32,000 nucleotides of DNA from Zygophlyctis sp. KS116. Taxonomy: Eukaryota; Fungi; Chytridiomycota. The DNA lies in contig BAAFSQ010000009.1 in the NCBI GenBank assembly GCA_054661495.1, positions 1 to 32,000 on the forward strand, read 5' to 3'. Numbering within the stretch: position 1 is the first letter of the stretch; each line of letters starts with the position of its first letter. Position numbers and translations under genes: made by a program. The notes beneath the pieces were generated by a model. The model had not been told where the DNA came from. It saw nothing but the letters and a program-made list of their open reading frames with translations, and made no database searches. Below, one piece after another: positions 1-11,559 of the stretch.

Positions 1-78
1 GCTATTCATGCAAAGAGAGTTACTATTCAACCAAAGGATATTCAATTGGCTAGAAGACTCCGTGGAGAGAGATCTTAA
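1..78 (+). CDS. H3: Histone H3, 3' end (partial, truncated by window)
   Basis: Frame 1 reads [25 protein letters not shown], a canonical fungal-type H3 C-terminus; TAA at 76-78. Confidence 0.97.
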   Translation, partial: AIHAKRVTIQPKDIQLARRLRGERS

Positions 79-220
79 GGTTCTATTGGAATTGTGTTTT
101 TCTACACTTTAGTGTTCCTCTTGCTCTTAATAAATAAAAGAAATTTGTGACTACTTGTTCTTTTTCCAATTGAGACTTTAATTGCGTGAATTTTGTCCGA
201 AAATAAATAAAAAATTGATA

Positions 221-3200
221 ATGACTGCTGATATATCTTTTGATAGACCACCTTCTTCAATACCAGAGACACGTCTGCCGCCTTCTCCTATCAAGCAAAC
301 TGTGTTGGATAAAGTTGATACTAAAAAGGATAAGAGCTGGATAGGGCCAGACACTGGGCGTGACTTGTCAAATGTTCTTCGAAGTAGACTTAATCAGCTA
401 GAGTATTTTGATGACTTTGGGCTTGAGTCAGTGCCTCTAGTTCAGAAACTTCTTTCGGATTTAATTCAAACTACAGAAGCTGCTAGAAAATTTAAATCAC
501 AGGCAGACGTATTCGCTCAAGAAAAACTACTCGCTCAAGAACAGGTAATATTGATTTTAATAATACATAGGTGACTCCATTGAAAAATGAAGTTGTCAGA
601 CTAACTGCTGAAAATAATCGGCTGCATCAAGAACTGATTCAAATTGCAGATGAAAAGGAATCTATAGAGAGAAAATCCCAAATCGTAACAAAAAAGTTGA
701 TGTCTCAGAGTGCGGATCTTCGATTTATGACTACACAATATGCGAAAAGAGTAGAGGCAGAACAGGAAAAGGTGGATCAAGCTAGAGATCGTGCTGATCA
801 ATTGATGACAAAGCTTGGTGTGTTCCCTCTCAAAACAGGACAAAAGAAGCCTGAGGCTGATAAAATGTTTGAAAGACTTCAAAAAATTGATATTGAAACT
901 GGCTTAGGTATTTCAATGGGCTTAAAACTTAGAACCGCTCCAGCAGAATCCTATATATTTCACGGCGCCTGATCCAGTTATAGCAGACATGATTCAACTC
1001 ACGGAAGCTAGAATGGAAAATCTAGAAAATAAAAATGCGAATTTAGAGGTGGCAATTAAGGATTTGGAAAGCGACGTAAGATTTGTAAGCTGTTAATAAC
1101 TAGGCTGAAGCTTTAAGGGAGCTTGCTGCAAAGAAAGATCGTGAGTTGCTTCGATTGGGGACTCAGCTTGAAGTCTCTCGTTCTCAACAATTTGGTGCCT
1201 TACAGCCAACACATGCAAATCCAGTCATTTCTGAAAAGGGTGGGGTGCTTTCCGCTAGGAATTCTGGGATTAAAGAACTACCGGCTGCTCATGAGAGAAT
1301 CGAGCAGTTGGAAGTACAAATTGAATATCTTCAGGATCATGCGGATGCATTAGAGAAGGTATCATTAGATTTTCACTAATCATAGGAATTGGCATCATTT
1401 GAAGCTGATAAGACTGATGAAATTAAGGCTTTTAAAACTGAAAGAGATGAAATTGTAGACGAACTAAATATTGAAAAACAAAGATGCTCTGGGCTTTTGA
1501 AGAGCCTTAATTCTCTTCAGGCGATGGTAAAGGAACTAGAAGAAATGAGAGGTAGAATAAACTTTCTAAATTTTAGGGCGCTCAAAAAGTAGAGCCTCGG
1601 CTAAAGATGTTGAAAAGGTTTGTGTTTGATAATTCTAACTTAAGACCTCTAATATCAATGACGAACTACATTCAAAGCTTCAAGGATTGGAAGAAGAGCT
1701 TACTGCGTCCAAGAATAGTGCAGAGAGTCTAAAGAAGAAAAATGCGATTTTGATGACTGAAATTAAAACTTTGAAGTCTAAAATTCAAGACACTCCTCAA
1801 ACGAATGATCAAGAAATAAACTTGCTCAATTCGCGCGTTCAGAATCTTGAAGCAGAAAAATGGGCTATGAGCAATGAATCTAAAATAATACAGGAAAAAT
1901 TACAATCATTATCTCAAAGGATTCTTGAATTACAAAATGTCGAAGCTAGGTATCAGGTTTTGCAGGCGGAAATGGACCTCAAACGTAAAGAGTCAGACGA
2001 ATTGACTTTACAAATCGAAGAAATGGGAAAAAATCATTCGAAGGTGTTTGGACTATTTTTAATATTAGTCAGTTGAAACCGTTAGAACGCTAGTTTCTGA
2101 GCTGCAGCAGGTGGCAAATGACAGAGATCAACTTATGTCGGCTCTTGAAAAGCTTCAAATCCGTCTAAATGAGCTTCACAAACTGACTGAAGCGGTAACG
2201 ATAGAAAGAGATAACTTAGCTGGCATGTATGCACAGGTATACTTTCTTGTCAATGCTGACCCATCAGGTTAATAAGGAATTACAAAAAGCTCGAAGTCAA
2301 ATTAATTCGTCAAATTTTATTCCACAACAGGCCGATCCAATGCCAGCATGCATTATTGATCAGGGATTAGAGCTAGAACTCCGTGGAAAAATTGAAGAGC
2401 TGGAGCAGGCAAATGCTAATTTGGGCGAAGATCTCAAGATGACTGTCATTCGTCAGAGAGAATCAGGTGCAAGTGCAAATGAGGCTCTGCGTCAGTTGGA
2501 GTCTGAAATAATCAAGTAAAAGTTTGTATTCTTATTGATAGGTTACGAGATTCAGTTCTCGAAAAGGAAAACACGATTTTCCAGCTTAAAGAAAGTATTC
2601 AGCTCTATGGACTACAAAAAGAAAAATTGCTGGAAGAGTCCAAAGCTCAGTTAAATGTCATTGAAAATCAAAAATTGAAATTAACACAAATGGAAGTTGA
2701 CAGGGACAAAGATGTAATTTTTATTGGGTCGCTAAAGTTAGAGATTCCACTTACGTGACGTTAAGTCTAAAGTTTCAGATAGTGAAGTTCTTTATGAAAA
2801 GTATAAATCTGACATCGAAAGATTAGAGAGACTATTGGATGAGAAACAAAAGCAGATTGATGACCAGAGGGAACTTTTAAAACAGGTTGATCATGAACGA
2901 GATACTGTTCAGTCAGAGCTAGATGTCAAAGCTGAGGCAATCATAGAACTTCAAGGTATGCGATATATATAGTTAATTTGTCTAGAATCGGTTAAAAAAC
3001 TGAAAAGCGAATGCATTGCTATAGAACAAGATAACAATAACATGCGTCAGCAGATTGATATTTTGAACCATCATTTAAATAAACAGGATAATGAAATGCT
3101 GGCTTTGCAGCGTCAGCTTGAAAATCTGCTTAAAGAGCGTGATTATTTAGCCATGGAGGCAGCAGTAGGATTTATTAGTTTTTAAACAACTAGAAAAGTT

Positions 3201-4737
3201 CTGATGAGTCAAAAAATCTTGCCTCGGACTTAGCAGCGATAACAAAGCAGAATCAGTTTTTAAATTCAGAACTAGCAAATGTGAGTATTATAGTTTAAGC
3301 TTATGAATAGACTGCAGGGGAACGTGATCGGTTTGTTTCTGAGCTTTCGGAATGCGAAAATCAGATTCAGTTCTTAGACGAGCTTTGTCGTGTAAAAGAG
3401 CAAGAAAAGGATCAATTAATGACCTCTTACCGTAAGCTTATTAGTGAGCATGAAAAATTGGAATTAATTTTCAAATCCAACGCAGAAGACACAAATAATA
3501 TTAAGTAATATTTTACATTGCTCTGATTAATAGAATGGAAGTAGTAATGAGAGATAAGATGGTTCAGCAGCTTCAAAAAAACTTACATGAAGCATCTTCT
3601 GAAGTAGCTCAAATGAAAATTGATTTGACATCATATGAAAAACAGTGCAGCAGTAAGATTCGTATAAGTATTTACTGTAAGATCTGACTCGTAGTTTGGC
3701 AACTGCTGAACGGGCGTTAAAGCATCATGAAGTATTATTAAAATGAAAGTATTAAAATATTTAGATGGATAAAGCAAGAATGATCCGCGAGATCAATACG
3801 GTCAGAGACATGGCTCAAGGTTTAGAGCGCAGAAAAGATGAAATCCAGAAAAATCTTACTGTTACTATATTGGAAAATGAACATCTAGAAAATGAACTTA
3901 AGAAATGGGAAGCTGAACGTGAAAATATAACTAATCAAATGCGAGCAGAGGTAATATAAATTATTCATATATAAGAGACTGAAAGCAGATAGATTGGAAC
4001 ACATTGTAGCTATGGAGCGCACTAGAAAGATTCAATCTGAAAAAAATGTCGAGGTAAAGATGGACGTTAACTTCTAGGATATGAAATCCATTAGAAGCTC
4101 TCATGACGAAAATTTAAAGGCTGTAAATGAGCAGCAATCTTTATCTTTAGCTTCACTTACCAAGCAACTAGTCCAAGCAAATGAAACGATAGAAAGTTTG
4201 GCGAGCCAAGTTCGAAATTACGAGTTAAAACTGTCCCTCAAGAAAGAAGGTAAGAATGTGATGGGCTAAAATTAGATTCCGTAGAAGTCAGTAAAACCCT
4301 TCAATCTGCTCAACAAGAGTTGCAGAGGCTTCAAGAGAGCTTACAAACCAAAGAATTGATCATCCAAGATTTAATGAAGATTCAGCGAGATAATCAAGGA
4401 AATATATTGGGGCAGTCTGATCTTGACCTGAAAATTTTAGAAGAGCTAGAGAGTACGAAAAGGCAACTAAAAAATTATGAAGTATGTAGGTATCAATTTA
4501 ATCATGTAGGAGCAAATAGCTGAAAGAAATCGCGAAACTGAGCTATCCAGAGGGCAATCCGATCCAAGTCTATCGACCAATTCCTCAGCTGCCGAAGGTC
4601 AGATCTTAAGAAATCCTCTTGGCTTCCCTCCGCGAACATATTTAATTAGAGGTTCTGAAACATCAAAACCTTCCTATGTAGAAGATTCGAGTGACATTTT
4701 GGAAGCTATAGATGCTCAAAGAAGTGCTAACAAATGA
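221..4737 (+). CDS. CEP135: Centrosomal protein CEP135/Bld10-like long coiled-coil protein, about 20 micro-introns
   Basis: N-terminus LRSRLNQLEY..FGLESVPLVQKLLSDLIQTTE and DPVIADMIQLTEARME resemble CEP135. The frame is restored by GT-AG introns at 545-570, 908-932, 1076-1103, 1359-1385, 1552-1576, 1618-1644, 2044-2068, 2237-2267, 2516-2541, 2714-2741, 2956-2985, 3165-3193, 3281-3310, 3505-3533, 3653-3681, 3732-3764, 3951-3975, 4054-4077, 4250-4275, 4482-4509. The last exon end is slightly uncertain. Confidence 0.85.
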
Positions 4738-4777
4738 AGATGTATTTAATTAACAATTTAAACCACTTTATTTAAAT

Positions 4778-6491
4778 TTAAACCACTTTTAATAGCTCAT
4801 ACGCATTGTACTTATCATAATTCGGTTCCTCGGGTGTCCCCTCTCCCAAGTTGTCTGCATATTCTAAATTATAAATCGAAGATTTAAGCACCTTTGACAA
4901 CCTTTTTGATGGAATCAATATTTTCACTCCTTCTATTGAGCATCATCAGTATATGAGCTTTGATAGTCTAAAAATAATTATAATTCAATCAAATACAGTT
5001 TCAGGTCGCTCCAAAGCAATACAATTAAGCATTATCAGATCAACCATTTGAAGTGTAAAAAGCCCTGCTTCCAAACGGTCCAAATATAATTGATATTCAT
5101 CATCAGGATCCACAGAAGAAACTTTCAAACTATTCATAACATCCATGTACTGCGAATGAAGCTCAATGAGCCTATCAATTTTTTCCAACTCGAGAAATTT
5201 CTTTAAAAGTCTTAGTTGTGAGTCAATCGTATCCGCATGTTTAAATAGTGAAAGAATTATTGACATGACATGCTCTAAACTATCATCATATAAAATAAAC
5301 TACCCTCTTCTTGTTTTTCAGAAAACCCCTTATACTTTTTCTGGTAAGCTTTGACACCCTTTTTCATAAATATGGGAAATAAAATCTTAAGACCGAAATT
5401 TTCGATAAATCTATGAGCCAGAGGATGCCCATACGGAGTTAAGAGAGCATGATCAATAACTTTTATAGCCCGTATCCTGGCCATCTTCTTTTCCCTGCCT
5501 GTTAAATCTAGCAAAAACATACTTTAGCATAAGTTGCATAAGCTCCACACCTTCCGCATCAAGAAATGCATTTTTGACCTCTTTTTCAGCTAAAAGTGCA
5601 CATAAAACATTGAAAAGATTTTCCATCATCTCAATTTCATCATCTGAATCTGGATCACGGTCCTTGTATCTAGCCAAAACAACTAATAAATTCTCGATAC
5701 CAGTATCTTTGAAAAATTTCAGTCTATTAGCTTGAGATTCCTGAATCAAAATTGCCAAAATTTCAGCAACATACTGTTGAATAGAATCAAAATCCTGATC
5801 TTGAATTCTAGTTGAACACCATGACAAAATCCATGTCTCTGCACCAACCTTTTCTGCAATTAAAGGATCAACCGATATCAAATTTTCAATAATATTTAGA
5901 ATATTGAAAATCCCTTGTTTATCATCTACAATATCTTGATTTAGCCTAGTTAAACCTCCCACAATAGACACCAAGATCCCATTTTCCAACTAGAGTTAAT
6001 ATAAAAAAAATTACTAATGATTTAACTAAAACTTCCATCCCTTCTCTTGCCTCTAAACTTGCATCAGTCATTAATTCTTCATCAGTCCATTCATTTAATA
6101 AATCAGTAGCCGCAATCAAAATGTCAGAATTTTCATGCTCCAAAAGTGAAAGTATTGAAGGAACGTGAGGAATCAATAATTTGTATAATTGTGGCGTTTC
6201 AGAGAGACTAGTTATATTCTTGATCTCTTCAACCAAATCCAATTCCGAGTCTGCAAATTTCATTGGGTCATCAGCAAACTTTGACCGAGACTCTTGATTT
6301 TTCAACCGAGCTTTATCAAATTTCATAATCATCTTTTTAAACGTCGGTGCATCTATTTTTGCAATGTTTTCACCAGCGTCAACAATATCCCAAATTTCTC
6401 CTAATTTTTGATCCATCCCACTTTCATAATACCGATCATCATCCTGTATATCTTGTATATCTTGCTTAATCTTTTTGAATGGCGGCTCCAT
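4778..6491 (-). CDS. CTNNBL1: Beta-catenin-like protein 1 (Prp19/NTC spliceosome component)
   Basis: Motifs KNQESRSKFADDPMKFADSELDL, LLEHENSDI, EIEMMENLFNVLC, LYLDRLEAGLFTLQ, EYADNLG. Introns at 5990-6014, 5495-5522, 5275-5303, 4968-4996, 4864-4891. Confidence 0.93.
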
Positions 6492-6518
6492 GTCTGCAAC
6501 TGTTTCAGGGCTGTGAGT

Positions 6519-7879
6519 ATGTTTGAAATGGTCGAATTGAACAAACTTTCAGACTATAAATATGCCTGTATTGACAAATCAATAGCATCCAGACTTTTTC
6601 TAAGTTGGTATTGGGATAAATGTGCAAACGTATTTTTTAAAATTGCTCCTAATATGGCTCCTAATACAATCACTCTGTTGGTACATTGGCTTAGTAATCA
6701 TAGGGACTTTTATTGGTTCTCGTCAATGTGATCTTGTTGTTTTGGTATTCTTGGGATTTGGAGGCTGTTGGGCCAAGTTGGATTTACTTTAGTTTCTGTC
6801 AAGGTATTAATATTAATTAATTTAAAGGGATATGGTGGTATACAGTCATGGATAATATTGATGTATTCCTTGTAATTAATTTTTAGGGAAAACAGGCACG
6901 TCGTACAAACTCATCTTCTCCTTTGGGAGAGTTATTTGATCATGTAGTAGATGCTGTAAATACATTTATGGCTACATTGTTGCAATTAGGAGCAGTTTCA
7001 ATGGGATATTCTTATTATAGTTTTGCATTATTAGCGTGTAACACTGCAACATTTTACTTTTCTACTTGGGAAACATATTATACAAAAATGTTATATTTAG
7101 GTAGATAATTATCTTGAAATTATTAGGATATATCTCTGGACCTTCTGAAGGAGTTTTAATATCTTGTTTTGTTTTATTGATTTCTACATTTTACGGCCCT
7201 GGATTTTGGTCTAGAAAATTGGATTCCTTTTTCAATCAAGAATTTTTAAATTTTGCAACAATTGTATATCCTGATCTAAAATCAATGATGCTAAAGCATT
7301 TTGCTTTTTGGATAATTGTTATTCTTGTTGTATTTACGCAGTTACCAATTAGTCTTTATAGAGTCTATACTGTATGTAAAGTAAAAAAGATGAATTTCTA
7401 CAAGGCAATTTCTGGACTTTTTCCTTTTCTTGGACTGTGTATATTTGCTGGACTTTGGATTACATCTCCAAATGACTCTATACTGAAAGAGTATACTATA
7501 CCTTTATATATTGGACTTGGTTTTGTATTTGCAAAGCTCACTGTAATTTCAAATTTTAAAAAAGATAGACTCGTGTAATCCTTGCTCATGTCGCTTCATT
7601 AGACTTTCCATTCTTGTATGGGTATTTAATACCAGTTATTACTGGATGTTTACTGTCAAACTATTCTAGATTTGGACTAAATTTGTAAGATTTTCTTTTA
7701 GAATAAAAATTAGAAATACTGATTTCCTTGAAAGAATCCAAGGGATCTATATTCATATTTTTCTAGGTTATAGCGTGATTTCTTTTCTTTTAATGTCTGA
7801 ACATTTGATATATTCTTTTTGCAAACACTTGGATATTAAATGTTTTGTAATAACCCAAAAAAAATCAAAGAAATTGTAA
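6519..7879 (+). CDS. Choline/ethanolamine phosphotransferase (CDP-alcohol phosphatidyltransferase, EPT1/CPT1 family)
   Basis: YKYACIDKS, APNTITLLG, and the spliced motif [26 protein letters not shown]. Introns at 6681-6703, 6804-6827, 6863-6886, 7101-7126, 7543-7568, 7685-7713. Confidence 0.93.
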
Positions 7880-7935
7880 AATATTGCAAAACATTGTAGA
7901 TTATGTAAAAAGTAATTAGGGTTTCAGGCCTAAAA

Positions 7936-8318
7936 ATGAGCGATTTGCCAATTTACACTTTTGAGCAAGTTTCAAAGCATAATATAAGGTCGAAATGCTG
8001 GATTGTTATTGAAGGAGTAGTGTATGATGTTGGAAAGTTTCTAGACGAACACCCTGGAGGTGAAGAAGTTATACTGGAACTTGCTGGAATGGACGCTACT
8101 GAAGGTTTTGAACAAGTTGGTCATACTGATGATGCTAAAGACTTGTTAAAAACCATGATAATCGGACACTTGGACACATCTTCTAAACCTCTAGAAACAA
8201 AAACTGAACCCAATAGCGCTACTGCAACTGCTTCTAGTGGCGGTTTATTATCATCGTAATTAATATTATATTTATGAATAGAATATACAGCTGGTTTGGA
8301 TCTGGATCTGCTAAATAA
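7936..8318 (+). CDS. CYB5: Cytochrome b5
   Basis: WIVIEGVVYDVGKFLDEHPGGEEVILELAGMDATEGFEQVGH heme-binding motif. Probable intron 8256-8281 gives the tail ..GGLLSSIYSWFGSGSAK*. Confidence 0.93.
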
Positions 8319-8377
8319 ATTGTGTTGATTTTCAATGCGCCGTTTAAGTGGTGGCGCCCAATGAGTTTGAGATTTTA

Positions 8378-8852
8378 ATGGAAACAAGATTGAGCTTTGG
8401 AGAGAAACATTTGAAAACAGCAGAGATGGCGTAAGCATTCTTGTTTAAAGATTAGAGAGTTAAAGACAAACTTTTTAGGAAAATCCAAGCCGGACTGGGA
8501 TACTGCAATCATCAATTATGAAATGGCAGTCAATCACTTTATGATTGCAAATTCTTTTGAGGATGCTGTCAAATGTTATCAAAAAATATCAGATTGTCAA
8601 TCTAAAATTGGATTGGATTTTATGGCTGGAAAAGCAATGAAGAATGCTGCTGTTATATCTCATGTGCATTTGAAAAAGAATGAAACTGCATCAGAGTATT
8701 ATATTAAAGCTGCTCAACTATACAAGGCAGAAGGTGATGAGCATCTAGAACAGGAATGCTTACAAAAGGCTCAACAGTAATTATTATTACTTAGTTTTAA
8801 CAACAGGGTTGTATCATCTGGAACTTGGACTAATTGGTTAGGCCTGGGATAG
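8378..8852 (+). CDS. Short gamma-SNAP-like paralog (N-terminal SNAP/TPR region only, about 125-139 aa)
   Basis: METRLSFGEKHLKTAEMAELKTNFLGKSKPDWDTAIINYEMA aligns with the full NAPG at 10558. Intron 8431-8455. A probable intron at 8777-8806 extends the CDS to TAG 8850-8852; if unspliced it stops at 8780. Confidence 0.75.
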
Positions 8853-8857
8853 TCTCA

Positions 8858-10512
8858 ATGAATCAGAGGAAATGCAGGTATTTCCAATCAGGAAGTTGCA
8901 GAGCAGGATCTAGTTGTAGCTTCTTACATGACATTCAAAAAAATTCAAAAGAAATTAATCAATCTAGGATTATAGTACAATTGACGAAAAATATTAAAGA
9001 TGCTAAAACAATTGAATTGAGTCAATTAGAAAGAAGGTTTAGATCGACTTTTCAGAAAGTATCTCAAAGTGATTCTGAACAAGTTGTTGAATTTGAAATG
9101 GCGCCGTCAGATCCTGATTTTCCTTTTGAACTGGATGCTTTAAAGATATTATTGACAATTGATAAAGATTATCCTAGTTCATCTCCTCAAATAAGGATTA
9201 AAAATACTGAAATTCCTAGAGAGTTGATTTCTAAAGTTGAAAATGGATGGAAAATATATGCACAGGCTAATAGGAATATGATCTTGTTGGATCTATTCAA
9301 ATGGCTAGATAGGAATCTAGAACAGTTATTGATATCAAAGGAAGAGAAACAAGTGGAATCAAGTATTAATAATTCAATAAGATTCTATAAGCCTGAAGAA
9401 ATTAAGGTATCAAGTAAAATACAGGAACATTCTCTAGAAACACAAGACGAAACTCAAGAAATAGACTCACAACAAAGTGAAATGATTCAGTCACTCAATA
9501 TTCAAGACCAACCAGTGGATAAATCAAGCAATAACTTACCTATAAATACACATAAAGGGACTCAACTTCGGGTTCCTAAAGTTCAATTGGTAAATATTGG
9601 ACTCTTAAAGTGTATCTCATTAGCTATTTCTCTTAATTGCCCCAGATGTAAGGGGACAATTGATACTAGGCTTTCTCCAAATCCTAAAGATAGTGCAGAT
9701 GGTGTTGGAGAAGTTTGGTTAACTTGTCCGGTTTGTTCTCTGTCTGTAGGTATTTTCATGCAATTTTCATTTGATTTTAGGGGCTCGTTATAGATCGGAT
9801 CTGGTTCATTCTGGTTCTACTTCTCTAGGATACTTGGATCTAAGCGAGAATGTGGGAATACGAGATATTTTACCATCATCATTTTCAGTATCTTGTATAG
9901 ATGGACATGACACAGCCCATGGACTAAAGTCTGTGCTAACCGGAGTAGAGTATCGTGTATCTTGTCAAGAATGCTTTTCCTCAATGAAACTAGTCATTGA
10001 TCAATTCAAATTTATTAAATTATCACCAAATGTAATGAAACCTGCGAATCTTCAATTAAAGAAACCCAAAAAAAATGTTCAAGATTTGGGTATAACTATT
10101 GGATCTGCTCTTCCAAACAATGGTGCATGTGAGCATTACAAAAAGTCATACCGGTAATTAACTCTAGTTTTTAAATTTATAGTTGGCTTCGATTTCCTTG
10201 TTGTATTAAAGTCTATCCTTGTGATATCTGTCATGAACTAAAAAAGGAAGATGGACACGAGATGTTATGGGCAAATCGAATGATTTGTGGATTTTGTTCT
10301 AGAGGTATAAATCTAATTTTTACTCAACTATAGAGCAAACTTATTCTCAAAAGCCTTGTTCTTGCGGGAGGGAGCTTACAAGAAAAGACTCTGGAGGATT
10401 CTGGGAAGGTGGAAAGGGAACCAGGGACACTGGAAGGATGTCAAAACGGGATAGTCATAAGTACAAGGGGATTAATAAAACTAAATCAAATAAAAGGTCT
10501 AGCAAAGAATAA
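8858..10512 (+). CDS. CCCH zinc finger + RWD-like + CHY zinc-finger protein (resembles S. pombe SPBC18H10.09-type proteins)
   Basis: CRYFQSGSCRAGSSCSFLH (CCCH); PSDPDFPFEL; CEHYKKSYRWLRFPCCIKVYPCDICHE (CHY); GFWEGGKGTRD..MSKRDSHKYKG. Introns at 9750-9780, 10154-10182, 10305-10333. Confidence 0.88.
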
Positions 10513-10557
10513 GAAATTATTACATTTTAAAGAAAGAATTAGAAGGGTTTTTAAGAA

Positions 10558-11559
10558 ATGTCTGAGAAACTTGAAGAAGCTCAACGACTGATAGCTGAAG
10601 CAAGAAAAGCGTAATCATCTAATGAATCTAAATTAAAGAGAAAATAAAACATCATTCTTTGGAAAATCTAAACCGGATTGGGAAACAGCATTGTCTAGTT
10701 ATGAGTCCGCTGCCAATATTTTTAAAGGTTGTAAATCATATCAAGAGGCAGCCGATGCTCTTATTAAAGTTGCAGAGTGCCACAAGAATTTAGATTCGTA
10801 AGTCATCCGTTCTAAAGCCTAGACTATTCATGGCTGCAAAGGCATTAGAAGGAGCCGCTCACATTACTCATCAGCAATTGAATAAGTTATCATTGGCTGG
10901 TGAACTGTATAAAAAAACCAGTGACTACTATCTAGCCCACGGTTCTGCTGATAGAGCCGCAGAAATGTTGGAAAAGGCTGCAAAGGCCTGGGATACGATT
11001 GATTCTAAAAAAACTATAGAGTTTTATACAGAAGCATTAGCTCTTATAGAATCAGAAGATAGGCCTAGAGCTGGAATTGATATTTTTAAAAGAGCGATTT
11101 CATACGCTGCTAAATCTTTGGAATGGGATGAAGCGATTGTATTCTCAAAGAAATTGATTGAATTATATACGAGGCTTGATCAAAAGCATTACTTGAATAA
11201 GATTATTCTTACAGTCATTATTCTTTCTTTAGGAAAAGGTGATGTAGTTCAGGCATCAAACTTGTATAGCAATTATTCCGGATTTGGTAATTTTGGGGGC
11301 TCGGAAGAAGGAAAGGCAGCTACTACCATATTAGAGGCTTTAGAAGAAGGCGATTCAGAGCTACTTAAATCTGCAACCCAGTCTTCTGCAGTTAAATTTT
11401 TAGAGAATGAGGTACGTTTCATGATTTTGAAGTAATTTTAAGATTGCAAAAGTAGCAGTCTCCCTAAAGACGCATGGGAAACAGGAAGGCAGTCAATTTG
11501 TGCAGAAAGTCGAAACTCAAGATTTGCAGAATGAAATAGAAGATGAGGGCTTTTTATAG
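10558..11559 (+). CDS. NAPG: Gamma-soluble NSF attachment protein
   Basis: TSFFGKSKPDWETALSSYESAA, LFMAAKALEGAA, GSADRAAEMLEKAAK, FLENEIAKVA, acidic C-terminus EIEDEGFL*. Introns at 10611-10638, 10798-10822, 11412-11442. Confidence 0.88.

Noticed and set aside
4598-4649. Possible 52-nt last intron in CEP135
   Set aside because: The frame is open without it, the donor is weak and the length is atypical; left unresolved.
221-4737. Fragmented ORFs as pseudogenes, frameshifting or stop-codon reassignment
   Set aside because: Every break is bracketed by GT...AG at 23-33 nt and removal restores conserved frames; TAA, TAG and TGA all serve as genuine stops.
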